A DNA stretch of 64,000 nucleotides. Origin: Octopus sinensis (taxonomy: Eukaryota). A program made the position numbers and the translations under genes. Positions 63,942 to 64,000 of this stretch are shown piece by piece. Location: positions 34,410,001 through 34,474,000 of the forward strand of contig NC_043000.1 of the NCBI RefSeq assembly GCF_006345805.1, given 5' to 3'. The notes under the pieces are model-generated. The model saw only the letters and a list, made by a program, of their open reading frames with translations. It ran no database searches and was not told the origin of the DNA. Within the stretch, counting starts at the first letter, position 1, and each line of letters opens with the position of its first letter.

Positions 63942-64000
63942 ATAAATAATACTACAGATATATATATATATATATGTATATATATAATATATATATATAC

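Overview
AT-rich, microsatellite-dense animal DNA. The repeat families and composition suggest a coleoid cephalopod, most likely Octopus (inferred, not proven). Only one host-gene piece is recognisable: a 135-bp exon of an SLC6 neurotransmitter:Na+ symporter (57210-57344, minus strand). The rest reads as intron or intergenic DNA packed with mobile elements: many R4/Dong fragments in (TAA)n tracts, a CR1-group LINE, RTE-group pieces, a rearranged Gypsy, Tc1/mariner derivatives, Helitrons, Penelope-type hammerhead repeats and several tRNA-SINE families. Four observations stand out. (1) At 36550-44085 an ORF1-only element and a near-full-length Tx1-like LINE sit head-to-tail at one AACAAC site, splitting an older ORF1 of the same family, and the LINE's 3' end is shared with a SINE. 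(2) A multicopy tRNA-headed SINE has a 3' part carrying a minimal Penelope-type hammerhead ribozyme and shows inverted 5' junctions. (3) An RTE-group insertion has twin-priming geometry. (4) The SLC6 exon has a genomic Ser (AGC) at a conserved Gly, a candidate restorative A-to-I editing site. All calls were made by eye, and boundaries are approximate unless junction motifs are quoted.
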